A stretch of 64,000 bases of DNA from Patescibacteria group bacterium (GTDB taxonomy: Bacteria > Patescibacteriota > UBA1384 > XYA2-FULL-43-10 > 1-14-0-10-43-13): contig JBAYHC010000001.1 of NCBI GenBank assembly GCA_041666325.1, positions 393,708-457,707 on the forward strand, in the 5' to 3' direction. Under the pieces are notes generated by a model. The model was not told where the DNA came from and searched no databases. It saw only the letters and a list, made by a program, of their open reading frames with translations. Both the position numbers and the translations under genes were made by a program. Below are positions 9,812-19,854 of this stretch, piece after piece. Every line of letters begins with the position of its first letter. Position 1 is the stretch's first letter.

Positions 9812-10504
9812 ATGCAATTTTTCCAACGGCATTTGTTCATTTTTTTAATATTATTGGCGCTAGTTATAAGCGTTGTGGTTTTTACCAAAAAAAATCAACC
9901 GACCACGTCCCAACAAGATCAGCAAAACCAGCTCTCCCCTCAGCCCCAAAATGAAATCAAGGATGAAACAATAGCGCCGCCAAAATCCAGCCTCGTCGAG
10001 CCAACGCCAAACTTCATAGCAAGGATCACCAAAAAACCATTCGGCATCTATGTCACTCCTCGCGATTCACCAGTTGCGCCAGAGCATTTTACCGGCTATC
10101 ACACAGGGGCCGACTCCGAATATGACGACGTAGCGAGCGATGTAGTGGTGAACTCAATTGCTGATGGTGAGGTAGTGCTTTCTCGAACAGCACAGGGTTA
10201 TGGCGGAGTTATGGTAATTCGCCACCTTATCAATCATAATAATTATCTCGTTTTGTATGGCCATCTTGAGCCGAAGAGCATGCTCCAATCAGGACAGAAG
10301 GTATCAAAGGGAGACAAGATTGGAATTTTGGGAGATGCTTTCACGAGTGAAACGGACAACGAGAGAAAGCATCTTCATCTTGCGATCTTGAAGGGAGAGA
10401 GAGTCGATCTGCGCGGATATGTTCAAGATCAATCTCAGCTGGACGGATGGTATAACCCAAAAGATTTTCTTGAAGAGAACTTTGATGGTAGAATTGCTAA
10501 GTAA
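9812..10504 (+). CDS. M23 family metallopeptidase (intact LytM domain) with N-terminal membrane anchor
   Basis: It carries HxxxD ('GYHTGADSEY'), 'YGHL', 'GDKIGILGD' and HxH ('HLHLAI'). Confidence 0.8.
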   Translation: MQFFQRHLFIFLILLALVISVVVFTKKNQPTTSQQDQQNQLSPQPQNEIKDETIAPPKSSLVEPTPNFIARITKKPFGIYVTPRDSPVAPEHFTGYHTGADSEYDDVASDVVVNSIADGEVVLSRTAQGYGGVMVIRHLINHNNYLVLYGHLEPKSMLQSGQKVSKGDKIGILGDAFTSETDNERKHLHLAILKGERVDLRGYVQDQSQLDGWYNPKDFLEENFDGRIAK

Positions 10505-10530
10505 GTACCCAACTAACAAGGTTTAGTACT

Positions 10531-11118
10531 ATGAGCGTCGCACTGGACAAACTCGCATTGATAGTATCTGCAATCACCAGCCCATTTTTAGTTGTATCGT
10601 TTTTCTGTCTACTCATGGTTAGGCGCTACTCAACCACCCCAGAAGAGATGCTACTGTGGGGTAGCACCTTCATCGCCATTTCAATAATAATTCCGCTCGC
10701 CTACATCTTTCGCGAGGTTAGAGCTGGTCGAATCAGCGACATGCACATCAGAATAAGAGAGCAACGAATAAAACCGTTTTTGGTTTCGATCGGAAGCACT
10801 CTGATGCTCCTGGTAATTTACTATACTCTAGGTGTGCCCAGGGAGCTGCTTGCCATGCTAGCAGCAATATTGGCTAATGGTATAATTTTTCTCTTTATCA
10901 CGCGTTATTGGAAGGCAAGCATTCATCTTGCGGCACTTGCCGGCACGATCACGATGACATCGCTCCTGGTTGATCAGAAAATAACCCTTATTTTTGTTCT
11001 CTTGCCCATCGTCGCTTGGGCCAGAATGCGACGAAATCGACATACGCTCTGGCAAACAGCAGTGGGAAGCTTGATCTCGCTCGGAGTCACCTTCATAATC
11101 ATAAGAACCTTCCAGTAA
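10531..11118 (+). CDS. integral membrane protein (possible PAP2-like phosphatase)
   Basis: 195 aa with 5-6 TM segments. There is weak PAP2-like 'KASIH' / 'RMRRNRH' spacing. Confidence 0.4.
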   Translation: MSVALDKLALIVSAITSPFLVVSFFCLLMVRRYSTTPEEMLLWGSTFIAISIIIPLAYIFREVRAGRISDMHIRIREQRIKPFLVSIGSTLMLLVIYYTLGVPRELLAMLAAILANGIIFLFITRYWKASIHLAALAGTITMTSLLVDQKITLIFVLLPIVAWARMRRNRHTLWQTAVGSLISLGVTFIIIRTFQ

Positions 11119-11139
11119 TAATTGCACTTGGGAAGTTAT

Positions 11140-11949
11140 CTATGTAGAGATATCTCTTTTGGCAAAGCAAAGACCGCCGAGAGCTGTAAACAAAATGATA
11201 GTAGACCCGAATACCAACAGAGTTAGGCTGTCCACCCGGTTATCCATCAGCGCAGCGTTGGCATCAAAATAATGAAAGAAAGAAAAATACTTCAGATCGC
11301 CAAAATTATCTTTTAGATTGGCGACAAGGTTTAGAACATACATCCCCAAAATAATGCTGATCGAGACAAAATATACCCGGCCCTTTTCAGCAAATAGCGT
11401 CGAGGCAAACATTGCCAGGCTTAATATCGACCAACCGAAGAGAAACCCCACTAGCGCCATTTTGTGATAATTGGACAAGCTATAATCAAAGCCGTAGGCA
11501 GCAGCAAGCGGCACAGCAATATAAACAGAAACAAGCACGAAGACGGCCAGAGCAAAAAGACCGGAGAGATATTTGCCAAAAAAGATCTTTGTCCTTGATA
11601 TTGGCTGAGAGAGGAGGAGTTCGATAGTTCCTTTTTCGACCTCTCCAGCAATCGCGGCCCCGCCCCAACCGACCAACAGCGAGATAACCAAGATAGGCCA
11701 AGTGAAGGAGTATTGCTCCATCGCTAGGAAGTTCTCAAACTTGCTAAAGGCCAGGCCTGGCGATTCGATTCCGAATGCCTTCATCAGCTCAGGCGGATAC
11801 GCATCCATCAGCTCCTGGAGCTTCGCTCCCTGGGATTGTATCCCCGGGAACATTGAGGCATAAAGCCAAACCAGAAAAGCACCAATTACCACGAAAATAA
11901 TCAGTGATGTCAGTCTGTCTTTGATCGTCCGCCAAAATATTGCTACCAC
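11140..11949 (-). CDS. ABC-2 family transporter permease
   Basis: 269 aa with 6 TM. It lies directly downstream of an ABC ATPase and its start abuts the ATPase stop. Confidence 0.7.
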   Translation of the reverse strand: MVAIFWRTIKDRLTSLIIFVVIGAFLVWLYASMFPGIQSQGAKLQELMDAYPPELMKAFGIESPGLAFSKFENFLAMEQYSFTWPILVISLLVGWGGAAIAGEVEKGTIELLLSQPISRTKIFFGKYLSGLFALAVFVLVSVYIAVPLAAAYGFDYSLSNYHKMALVGFLFGWSILSLAMFASTLFAEKGRVYFVSISIILGMYVLNLVANLKDNFGDLKYFSFFHYFDANAALMDNRVDSLTLLVFGSTIILFTALGGLCFAKRDIST

Positions 11950-11951
11950 CG

Positions 11952-12824
11952 TTAGTCCTTCCTGTAAAACTCCATAAAGATATCCTCAAGGCTAGCTCTT
12001 TCTATCTCCAAATCTTTCAAGTCGTAGTGGCCAAGCTTTTTGACCAGTGGGTTAATATCTCCCCGGACATGTGCTTCGATCATATTTTCGCCAGTCTTCG
12101 TCACCGTCACTGTCTCGCCCAGATCCACTTCAACAGGTTGATTGAAAGAGGCTTTGACTTTATACAGCCTTTTGTTTTTAATGTTGTTAATCGTATCGAT
12201 CTCAACCATTGCTCCGTTTTTGATGATGCCAACCCGATCACACGCAAGCTCAACTTCATGAAGATAATGGGAGGACATAAAAATGGTTGCTCCTTCCTTC
12301 TTTGCCTCCAAGAGTAAGTCATAAACTGTATTTTGAAGCAGTGGATCAAGTCCGACAGTTGGCTCATCCAAAATAATCACTTTCGGCCGATGAGCGAGAG
12401 CAAGAATAAGGCCAAGCTTCTGTTTGTTGCCAGATGACAGATTCTTGGCCCTGACCTTAACATTGAAGTTCAATCTGTCAATTAATTTTGAGGCATCCGT
12501 CGCACAACCGCGGAGCTTCTTAACCAGATTGATGTGGTCCGCGCCAGTCCAGTTGCCATAGAGGCGCACATCACCGGAGAGGTAACCCACCTCCCTTTTG
12601 ACATCGACACTCTGACTAACAGAGTCCTTGCCCATAATTGTGATACTCCCGCTCGTTGGTCGAATAAAGTCAAGCAAACAACGGATAGTAGTCGTCTTAC
12701 CGGCGCCATTTGGTCCCAAAAAACCAAAGACCTCTCCCCTCTCAATCTCCAGGGAGACACCATTGACTGCGGCAACTTTGCCGTAATTCTTCTTGAGATC
12801 CTTTATGACAATCGTTTTCATCAT
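11952..12824 (-). CDS. ABC transporter ATP-binding protein
   Basis: Walker A 'GPNGAGKTT', signature 'LSSGNKQKL' and Walker B 'ILDEPTVGLD' are present. Confidence 0.9.
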   Translation of the reverse strand: MMKTIVIKDLKKNYGKVAAVNGVSLEIERGEVFGFLGPNGAGKTTTIRCLLDFIRPTSGSITIMGKDSVSQSVDVKREVGYLSGDVRLYGNWTGADHINLVKKLRGCATDASKLIDRLNFNVKVRAKNLSSGNKQKLGLILALAHRPKVIILDEPTVGLDPLLQNTVYDLLLEAKKEGATIFMSSHYLHEVELACDRVGIIKNGAMVEIDTINNIKNKRLYKVKASFNQPVEVDLGETVTVTKTGENMIEAHVRGDINPLVKKLGHYDLKDLEIERASLEDIFMEFYRKD

Positions 12825-12846
12825 TTCTCATCATAACAAAAAAGGG

Positions 12847-12875
12847 TTCAAGCGAAAATATAGTTGTGATATAAT
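12847..12875 (+). promoter_or_regulatory. sigma70-like promoter (-35 TTCAAG, 17-bp spacer, extended -10 TGaTATAAT)
   Basis: It is read directly from the sequence, upstream of the GGAGG RBS of the 12903 gene. Confidence 0.45.
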
Positions 12876-12902
12876 TAGTTAAAGTTTACATTTGGAGGAG
12901 TC

Positions 12903-13178
12903 ATGTCAAAGATCGCCATCGTTTTAATCGTTCTATTTTCTTTCGCTGCCGGTTTCGGCGGCGGTTGGGTTTATGACCTAACACTGGGCAAGGAAACCGC
13001 CACGGTATCCACAACGACGGATACAGCAACTACCACTGGTACAACTGCTGCCAAAGCACAAACTCTTGAGGAGTGCCTGACCGAAGTCTGGGGTGCCGAC
13101 AAATACGCTGCCATCAGCGCCAACTCTAACTTGGCAACAACTGACGATAACTTGGCAGCTCTTAGGTGCTACAAGTAG
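12903..13178 (+). CDS. small membrane-anchored/secreted Thr-rich protein
   Basis: GGAGG RBS. It has an N-terminal hydrophobic helix and a T-rich low-complexity region. Confidence 0.45.
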   Translation: MSKIAIVLIVLFSFAAGFGGGWVYDLTLGKETATVSTTTDTATTTGTTAAKAQTLEECLTEVWGADKYAAISANSNLATTDDNLAALRCYK

Positions 13179-13189
13179 AGATATTAAAA

Positions 13190-14680
13190 ATGCAAAAGTT
13201 AAAGCACAAAATGACAATTCAAATCTCAAAAACTCTTCTGGGTTGCACCATCCTTTTTCTGTCATTACTCGCTTCGAGACCAGCTTTCACTCTTGCAGAG
13301 AGCGACAACGCCGCCCTCGGACCGGAGCTGGCAGCATGCTTGAAAGAGAAGATGGGCGAAGAAACATACGGTGCTATTAAGTCGGGCGTCCGACAAGCCA
13401 CTTCTGACGAGAGCAAAAAGGGCGAAGAATGCTTTGCCAAATTTGGCTCACCGCTAAAGAAAAGTGGTCAAAAAAAATCAAAAGCCGAGTTCTCCGACAA
13501 AACCAAAACATGTCTTGCGCAGGCATTAGGCAGCGATTATGAAAGTAAGCTGCAAAATGCTGATAGCACAACAAGAGCCAAAGCCCAAAGTTGTTTCGGG
13601 TCTGAGGGAGATGAGAGTAAAAAAATTCCCGACTCCGTCAAGAAATGTGTTATCCAAAATGCCGGTGAGACCGAGGCGAATAAGATGTTTGCCGGAGAGA
13701 GACCGAGCGAAGATTCAGAGATCTACAAAAAACTCGACGGCGCAGGGTGCTTCAAAAGCTTCCAACATGGTGGCAGTAAGGGCAAGATGGAAGATGTGCC
13801 AGAGGAAAAACGCTCTTGTATTAAAAAGATTATGGGCGACGAAAACAACGAACCGACAGACGATCAGCGGCAACGTGTCGGAAAAGAATGCTTTGGCGGA
13901 CAAAAAGAGGGTGATTCTTCCCGGCAAAAGCTACCCTCCAATGTCGAAAGCTGCCTCAAGGAAAACGTTGGCTCTAGCTACAGGGACAAATCACCCGAGA
14001 CCATGTCTGCCGAAGAAAAAGATAAAGCGAGTGAGTGCTTCAGCAAAAACAACTTTCAACCGGAAGGATCAAACCCGAGAGGAAAGGCCCCGAGCATGTC
14101 GGAATCAACCAAGTCATGTGTTGAGGGCATAACCGGACAGTCTATCTCTGGCTCGATGAATTTCACTGACGATGTCAAAAACAAGATCAACAGTCAATGC
14201 TTCGGCGGCAAAGCCGACACAATAACCGGCGAGGGTGGAGCAAGGGGCAAGTCTCAAGACGAACAAAATAGCTGTGTCAGGAACATAGTCGGTGATAGTC
14301 CCGGCCCATACACCGGCACAATAATGGATCGCCTGAATACGGAGTGCTATACCGAGCAACAAACCGAAAAAAATGATAATCCGCGTGCCACGTCAGATAG
14401 TCAGGCTTGCGTTGCGCGTCTTTCTTCTGACACCTCTATCCAGATGTCATATGAAGAAAAACAAGCACAAATCAACAAAGAGTGTTTTTCCAATCTTAAT
14501 TACGGCAAGGCCAAAGACGAGGCTTATGATAGCGGCCAAACAGGTGGAGCCCCTGGCTCAAGCGAAAGAGGCAGCAGACCGGAAGAGTCAGCAAACAGGT
14601 CCAGGCCAGGCGGCTGCCAAGACGACGCTTGCGTTCAGCAATATTGCGCCGCCAATCCTGGCGCATGCGGCTCCCGCTAA
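13190..14680 (+). CDS. secreted protein built from about 8 cysteine-pair repeats
   Basis: A signal peptide ('...ASRPAFTLA') is followed by repeated 35-45-aa units. Each unit starts with 'xC[LVI]xxxxG' and ends with '[EK]ECF'. The C-terminus has a CxxxxCxxxC..C cluster. The start could be 13190 or 13211. Confidence 0.55.
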   Translation: MQKLKHKMTIQISKTLLGCTILFLSLLASRPAFTLAESDNAALGPELAACLKEKMGEETYGAIKSGVRQATSDESKKGEECFAKFGSPLKKSGQKKSKAEFSDKTKTCLAQALGSDYESKLQNADSTTRAKAQSCFGSEGDESKKIPDSVKKCVIQNAGETEANKMFAGERPSEDSEIYKKLDGAGCFKSFQHGGSKGKMEDVPEEKRSCIKKIMGDENNEPTDDQRQRVGKECFGGQKEGDSSRQKLPSNVESCLKENVGSSYRDKSPETMSAEEKDKASECFSKNNFQPEGSNPRGKAPSMSESTKSCVEGITGQSISGSMNFTDDVKNKINSQCFGGKADTITGEGGARGKSQDEQNSCVRNIVGDSPGPYTGTIMDRLNTECYTEQQTEKNDNPRATSDSQACVARLSSDTSIQMSYEEKQAQINKECFSNLNYGKAKDEAYDSGQTGGAPGSSERGSRPEESANRSRPGGCQDDACVQQYCAANPGACGSR

Positions 14681-14702
14681 CAATTCAATGTGACAAACAA
14701 TC

Positions 14703-14727
14703 AAAAACCGCCTCAAGGCGGTTTTTG
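14703..14727 (+). terminator. rho-independent terminator
   Basis: Stem AAAACCGCC / GGCGGTTTT with a TTTTT tract. Confidence 0.6.
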
Positions 14728-14880
14728 ATTACCTGAGACAGGCATGGTCACCAACATACCCCTGACAAACATCCAAACCTGTACACGCCAGGCACAAGCT
14801 AGTGGAATCAGCAAAAAGACATCAACTAGACAATTGAAAAAAGTACTGCTAAAATTCTAGGGTAATTGACAAGGAGTACT

Positions 14881-16167
14881 ATGGAAATACTAAGAAATAT
14901 GTGGCGCCGCAAGTTTCGTACGTTTTTAACAATTTTCGGTATTACTATCGGAATTTTCGCTTTCACTGTCATGGGATCGATGGCACTCAAATTTCAGAAA
15001 ATGATTGATGGTGGCAAAAGGTATATCACTGGCCAGATCACAATTGTACCCAAAGGGTCCAACTTCATGGCTGGTGGAACAGGTACGCTCCCCGTCGATA
15101 CGCTAGAAAAAATTGCCAAGACAGAGGGAGTAGAGGCAGTTGGCTCCAGTGTCGAACTAGCCCTAGACGAACCGGACCCGGATAATCCAACCGGCGGCGG
15201 CTTCAATGTGGGTCCCCCACCAACTATTGAGGGAATGGATCTTAATTCCTCATACGAAAACCGCAACTGGAAAACTCTCGATGTCAAAGAGGGCCGCATG
15301 CTGAAGAAGGGCGACCCGGATGATGTTGTGGTCTATGGTTCAAGCGTGGCTATAGACAAAAAGGTTAAGGTTGGCGAAAAAACCAAGATTCGTGGCAAGG
15401 ATTTCACTGTTATAGGAATCCTCGAAAAAACAATGACGGGTCCCGACAGCTATGTCATGATGCCGATTAATCCTGCGAGAGAGCTCTACATCGAAGCAAA
15501 CCCATTCCTCAAATCCCTCAAGCAACAGGCCGACGAAGCTGCAAAAATATCCGACACCGCCCTGGCAAAATTGCCAAAGGAAACCCGAGATCAGTTGACC
15601 CAAGCCAAAACCTTCAAGATAGAAGATGTCTCAACCGCAGCTGCAGCATCGTGGAAGGACGGGTACGACTCAGATGAAGTTGCCACTAAAATCAAAGACA
15701 AGTACAAAGAACAGGTCATGGTCCTCTCGCCCAAGAAGATGGGTGAGGAAATCGATAAGGCCTCTGCTATCTTCTATTCTGTAATTCTCGGAAGTGCCAT
15801 GATGGCGCTTATCGTCGGCGGATTTTCCATCATCAATACCATGATCATGTCTATCTCCGAACGCACCAAAGAAATCGGCATCAAAAAGGCCATCGGCGCA
15901 TCCAATACCTCAATCGCCCTGGAGTACACGATAGAGGCAGGAATTATTGGATTAGTTGGTGGCCTCATCGGCATGGGAATAGGTGCCCTTGCTGCCAATG
16001 CGATTAATTCCAAAATGGCCGAAAAAGGTGCCGAGATATTTCTACTCGACTCTTGGTATCTTTCGGGCGTAGTCGCTTTCTCATTCATCCTGGGCATCTT
16101 GGCCGGCATCATACCTGCGATGCGCGCCTCTAAGATGAGAGTTGTCGAAGCTATCAGGGAGTTATAA
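14881..16167 (+). CDS. MacB/FtsX-type ABC transporter permease with a large extracytoplasmic domain
   Basis: AAGGAG RBS lies before the ATG at 14881. It has one N-terminal TM, a periplasmic domain of about 250 aa, and three C-terminal TMs (FtsX topology). Confidence 0.8.
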   Translation: MEILRNMWRRKFRTFLTIFGITIGIFAFTVMGSMALKFQKMIDGGKRYITGQITIVPKGSNFMAGGTGTLPVDTLEKIAKTEGVEAVGSSVELALDEPDPDNPTGGGFNVGPPPTIEGMDLNSSYENRNWKTLDVKEGRMLKKGDPDDVVVYGSSVAIDKKVKVGEKTKIRGKDFTVIGILEKTMTGPDSYVMMPINPARELYIEANPFLKSLKQQADEAAKISDTALAKLPKETRDQLTQAKTFKIEDVSTAAAASWKDGYDSDEVATKIKDKYKEQVMVLSPKKMGEEIDKASAIFYSVILGSAMMALIVGGFSIINTMIMSISERTKEIGIKKAIGASNTSIALEYTIEAGIIGLVGGLIGMGIGALAANAINSKMAEKGAEIFLLDSWYLSGVVAFSFILGILAGIIPAMRASKMRVVEAIREL

Positions 16168-16172
16168 TCAAG

Positions 16173-16850
16173 ATGAAAAAAACAATAATCGAAGCAAAAG
16201 GATTAACCAAATCCTACAAAATGTCCAAAAGAAACACGGTCCGTGCTCTCAACGGTGTTGATCTTGAGGTAAAAGAAGGAGACTTCTCGGCTATCATCGG
16301 CCCATCTGGCTGTGGCAAGTCAACATTGATGCACATCTTGGGCTTGCTTGACAAACCAGATGCCGGGACACTCAGAATCGATGATGTCGAAGCGCACAAG
16401 ATCAAGGAGAAGCACGCCAACAAGATCAGAGCCAAAAAGATTGGTTTCATATTCCAAGGATTTAACCTTATCCCAACCCTCACTGCACTAGAAAACGTAG
16501 TTCTCGCGGGAAAATATGGTGGACTTCGGCCACGATCTCGGAAACGAAGAGCGACTGAGCTCCTGGAACTTGTTGGGCTTGAGGGTCGAATGGACCACAA
16601 ACCAAATGAGCTTTCCGGCGGCCAGCAACAGCGTGTTGCCATCGCACGAGCTTTGATGAATAATCCGGCCGTTATCTTGGCCGATGAACCGACAGGAGAA
16701 CTTGATAGCAAAACTTCGATAGAAATTATTGAGATGCTGAAACGCCTGAACAAGGAGAACAATCAGACTTTTCTGATTGTTACCCATAATATGGAAGTTG
16801 CTGAATCTTGTAAAAAAATCATTAGACTCAGAGACGGCAAGAACGACTAG
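16173..16850 (+). CDS. ABC transporter ATP-binding protein (MacB/LolD/FtsE-like)
   Basis: 'GPSGCGKST', '[15 protein letters not shown]' and '[11 protein letters not shown]' are present. Confidence 0.9.
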   Translation: MKKTIIEAKGLTKSYKMSKRNTVRALNGVDLEVKEGDFSAIIGPSGCGKSTLMHILGLLDKPDAGTLRIDDVEAHKIKEKHANKIRAKKIGFIFQGFNLIPTLTALENVVLAGKYGGLRPRSRKRRATELLELVGLEGRMDHKPNELSGGQQQRVAIARALMNNPAVILADEPTGELDSKTSIEIIEMLKRLNKENNQTFLIVTHNMEVAESCKKIIRLRDGKND

Positions 16851-16870
16851 CGATACTGATCTCGTTTGCA

Positions 16871-16906
16871 AACAAGATGGCTGGATTTAGCCATCTTGTT
16901 TTTGTT
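16871..16906 (+). terminator. rho-independent terminator
   Basis: AACAAGATGGCT-ggattt-AGCCATCTTGTT followed by TTTGTT. Confidence 0.6.
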
Positions 16907-16938
16907 ATCCGCCGCAATCTCGCATTCGGACAGCAAAT

Positions 16939-17712
16939 ATGCTATTCTCTCCTGGACAGAAGGGAGAAAACGATCTGATGCCCAGCGTTTATAAGCTCGG
17001 TCTCCTACCTGGAGCCAGCGGCATTAGACTTTCGATGTCAGAGGAAGCGATAGCTTTCCTCAAGAAAAACTATAACACCGGTATTTCATACGCCAGTCTT
17101 CTCCAAAAAGACTTTGGCTTTAACACAACACTCTTGGTTCCTTTCGGCGGTGATAGGTTTGGCTATCATGGCGTACTGGAGTTCTGCCCGGAAGAAGAGT
17201 TCTCGGTCAAGGCTAGCTTCCACCAGGAACAGCCAATTAGCTATCTGTCGGCCTCGCTCTTCCTTCTCTTTAAGTGCCTTAACTTCACTCTACCCGATCT
17301 TGAGTTCACGCACGAACCAATCTGGACAGAGTTGAACTTTCGGCGTGGTGTGGGCGGCTATGAATTGCGTGCTGTCTACTCCGCGGATTTGCTCAGATGG
17401 GTCCACCAGAGATACGGGCACGAGAATGCAACTCAGATTCCAGAAATTTATCAAGCCATGCTCGCTGCGGGAAGAACTCTACACAGCAACAAATCAAGAG
17501 GCTGGGAGGGTTTCCTTCGCGCAGAGATCGTTGGCCAAGGTGGATTTTACCTTGTTTGCGACAGCAACTGCTGTTGTATGGGTGGACGAGCCGAGTTGGG
17601 TAAGTGTTTTCGAGCGGCAACCTGTAATTCTGATTGGTCAGTATCACAGTTAATATTCCTGATTGGCGTTGCAGCTATTTCCGAAGAATACCTCAAAAGT
17701 TTGGGGAATTAA
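16939..17712 (+). CDS. hypothetical protein
   Basis: 257-aa ORF with a Cys-rich C-terminal region. The start may be the downstream 'MPSVYKL' ATG at 16978. Confidence 0.4.
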   Translation: MLFSPGQKGENDLMPSVYKLGLLPGASGIRLSMSEEAIAFLKKNYNTGISYASLLQKDFGFNTTLLVPFGGDRFGYHGVLEFCPEEEFSVKASFHQEQPISYLSASLFLLFKCLNFTLPDLEFTHEPIWTELNFRRGVGGYELRAVYSADLLRWVHQRYGHENATQIPEIYQAMLAAGRTLHSNKSRGWEGFLRAEIVGQGGFYLVCDSNCCCMGGRAELGKCFRAATCNSDWSVSQLIFLIGVAAISEEYLKSLGN

Positions 17713-17717
17713 CTTTC

Positions 17718-17744
17718 GATGCGGGCCGTCCCGCATCTTTTTTG
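17718..17744 (+). terminator. rho-independent terminator
   Basis: GATGCGGG-ccgt-CCCGCATC followed by TTTTTTG. Confidence 0.65.
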
Positions 17745-17872
17745 TTGACAAACAACACAACGGATAACACAATTAATTTCACCCAAGAACAGCGGCTCCA
17801 AATATCCCGCTTCTTGTTCCCTTGCTTCTTTTTCCAGCGATTACTAGTCACACTCAACAGAGGTGCCGCAGA

Positions 17873-18400
17873 TTAGGCTAGTTCTGCAATCGTCACAACA
17901 TAGTTCTTGCCATAGACCTTGGCGCATTTAGGGCAAGTGGTGTACCACATGTACCACTTTTCCCGACCTGAGCCTGTCGAAGGTTCCCGGCCTGAGTTTG
18001 CTGAAGATTTAATTTTCAAGTCTTTGCTGGCTAAATATTTTTTAAAATCATCACCCCATTTGCCAATCTCCCTGAAATCACCCTCATAGACCTTGCTGAG
18101 AAATTTTCCAGAGAGGGCAACATTCTCGGCACCAACGATTTCCTTGTCAACAGCCAAATAGATATCCATGTTCCATTTGGAGGTGTGATCAGAAAGACAA
18201 AGGCTGTCCGGTGTTTTTGCACTTGAGCCCTCAACCATCTTCATTAATTTGCTAATAGCACCGCCAAAATTAAGCGGCATGTACATAAATGTTTTAACTT
18301 TTCCCCTAATAAACTTCTTGTTCTCCCACTCAAACGTCTTTTCATCCCAGGGCTTGGGATCAAACCGTGGGCAACAGCCGGTCTCTGTTATCTCGGTCAT
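17873..18400 (-). CDS. hypothetical protein with C-terminal zinc-ribbon-like CPKC motif
   Basis: 175 aa. 'GCCPRF' sits near the N-terminus and '...TTCPKCAKVYG' at the C-terminus. Confidence 0.45.
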   Translation of the reverse strand: MTEITETGCCPRFDPKPWDEKTFEWENKKFIRGKVKTFMYMPLNFGGAISKLMKMVEGSSAKTPDSLCLSDHTSKWNMDIYLAVDKEIVGAENVALSGKFLSKVYEGDFREIGKWGDDFKKYLASKDLKIKSSANSGREPSTGSGREKWYMWYTTCPKCAKVYGKNYVVTIAELA

Positions 18401-18482
18401 TGGAATCTCCGTTTAAGACACTTCGATCACCTACTGAGTCTTTTTTAATAATTTTCGTCAGACCTCCGTTTTGCTCCTACGC

Positions 18483-19076
18483 TTATTTACTTAAGCGTTT
18501 GTACAAATAAACATCGGCAAGCCAGACTACTGGAATTGCCACAAAGATGCCAATGCCAAGTGCCAACAAGCCCAGAATTAGCACTACAAACACAGCAAGC
18601 ATAAACCAGAACAACGATAATTTCACACCCTGTGTGATTCTTGAGCTCTCGCTCATTGCTTCAATGACACCAAGATCTTTGTCGACAATAAAGTTCATAG
18701 CAAATTGATACCGAAGGGAGAGATAAATTCCAGGGATGACCAGAAGTATAAATCCAATCACGACGATTAATCCCAAGAGCAAGGTAAGTCCCAAAATTCG
18801 CCAAAAATACCGAAATTGTTTAAATAGTTCACTAAATGGTAGTTTTTTGCCATCATAGTAGGACAGTAAGAGCTTCAGATACCCGGCGGTCATCCAGCTC
18901 GAGAGAAGCAAAGCAATAATATTTCTAAGACCAGGATCAATGCCGCGGCTATTCCCAATCCCACTGATCACTGTCACCACGAGAGCGAGCCCCGTGAAGT
19001 ACCAAAACTCTTTCTTCACGTTCTCCCAGCCATAGCTTATGGCTTTACCGACATCAACTTTATTTTCTGCCATCTC
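18483..19076 (-). CDS. integral membrane protein
   Basis: The ORF track gives 18483..19304. The ATG at 19076 ('MAENKVDVGK') is preceded by GGAGG, so the gene is called from there. It has 4-5 TM segments. Confidence 0.5.
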   Translation of the reverse strand, partial: EMAENKVDVGKAISYGWENVKKEFWYFTGLALVVTVISGIGNSRGIDPGLRNIIALLLSSWMTAGYLKLLLSYYDGKKLPFSELFKQFRYFWRILGLTLLLGLIVVIGFILLVIPGIYLSLRYQFAMNFIVDKDLGVIEAMSESSRITQGVKLSLFWFMLAVFVVLILGLLALGIGIFVAIPVVWLADVYLYKRLSK

Positions 19077-19098
19077 TCTTTCCTCCAGAGTTAATTTT

Positions 19099-19458
19099 TT
19101 ATCTGCTATTGCTTTCTTGTATCCTAAACATAATGATCTTTTTGATGAGTTCCAGCGGTATTGTCTCATTGAGCGGAAACTGAATTGACCCTTTGGCGTG
19201 TTTGTATCTGGTGAGTTCGTCTTTAAATGCTTCGATAACGTGGGGCAACGGATAGAAACCGGTGTGATTTTTAAACGCCGCAAAATAAGCCAGAGGCTTG
19301 CCATTCAGCTTGTAGGCCGGCATCCCATAAGCAATCGACTCTTCTGCTGCCGGTGCTGTCTCTTTGATAACTTTGCGAACGTCAGCTAGCACTTTCTGTA
19401 TTTCCTGAGGAAATGAGCCAATGTATCGATCAACCGTTTGCAATGATTTATTGTCCAT
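19099..19458 (-). CDS. DUF1801 (YdhG-like) domain protein
   Basis: 119 aa. '...SIAYGMPAYKLNGKPLAYFAAFKNHTGFYP' is typical of the YdhG/DUF1801 family. Confidence 0.55.
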   Translation of the reverse strand: MDNKSLQTVDRYIGSFPQEIQKVLADVRKVIKETAPAAEESIAYGMPAYKLNGKPLAYFAAFKNHTGFYPLPHVIEAFKDELTRYKHAKGSIQFPLNETIPLELIKKIIMFRIQESNSR

Positions 19459-19479
19459 TTTTAATTTGCCTGCTCAGTC

Positions 19480-19698
19480 TTACTTATGGTTTTTTAGCAT
19501 TGCGCCGCCATGCATCATGATACCAAGCACAATGATCCAGGCGGCATAGGAGCTGAAGGTCTCGCCGGAATAAGCACCAAGGCCGAAGCCCAGAATTCCA
19601 GCTCCCAACAGTGATATTAAGTTGATAAAATAGGTACCAGTGTCTTTCTTCATTGAACTCCTTCGATGCTTAAATGGCTTTGATTGCAATATAGACAA
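19480..19698 (-). CDS. small membrane protein
   Basis: 72-aa ORF with two hydrophobic helices. The start is uncertain. Confidence 0.3.
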   Translation of the reverse strand: MSILQSKPFKHRRSSMKKDTGTYFINLISLLGAGILGFGLGAYSGETFSSYAAWIIVLGIMMHGGAMLKNHK

Positions 19699-19854
19699 GG
19701 ATACTAGCCATGATTACCCAGCACAGCCACCAGAGAACTTTTTGATAGGTTGGTTTTTTGTTCAGATTTCCTCCCGCTTAAATTATCTGGCTTTACTCTA
19801 ATTATGTTGACTTGCCTGCCCCAAACACAAGCAAACAAAAACTCAATAATCACA

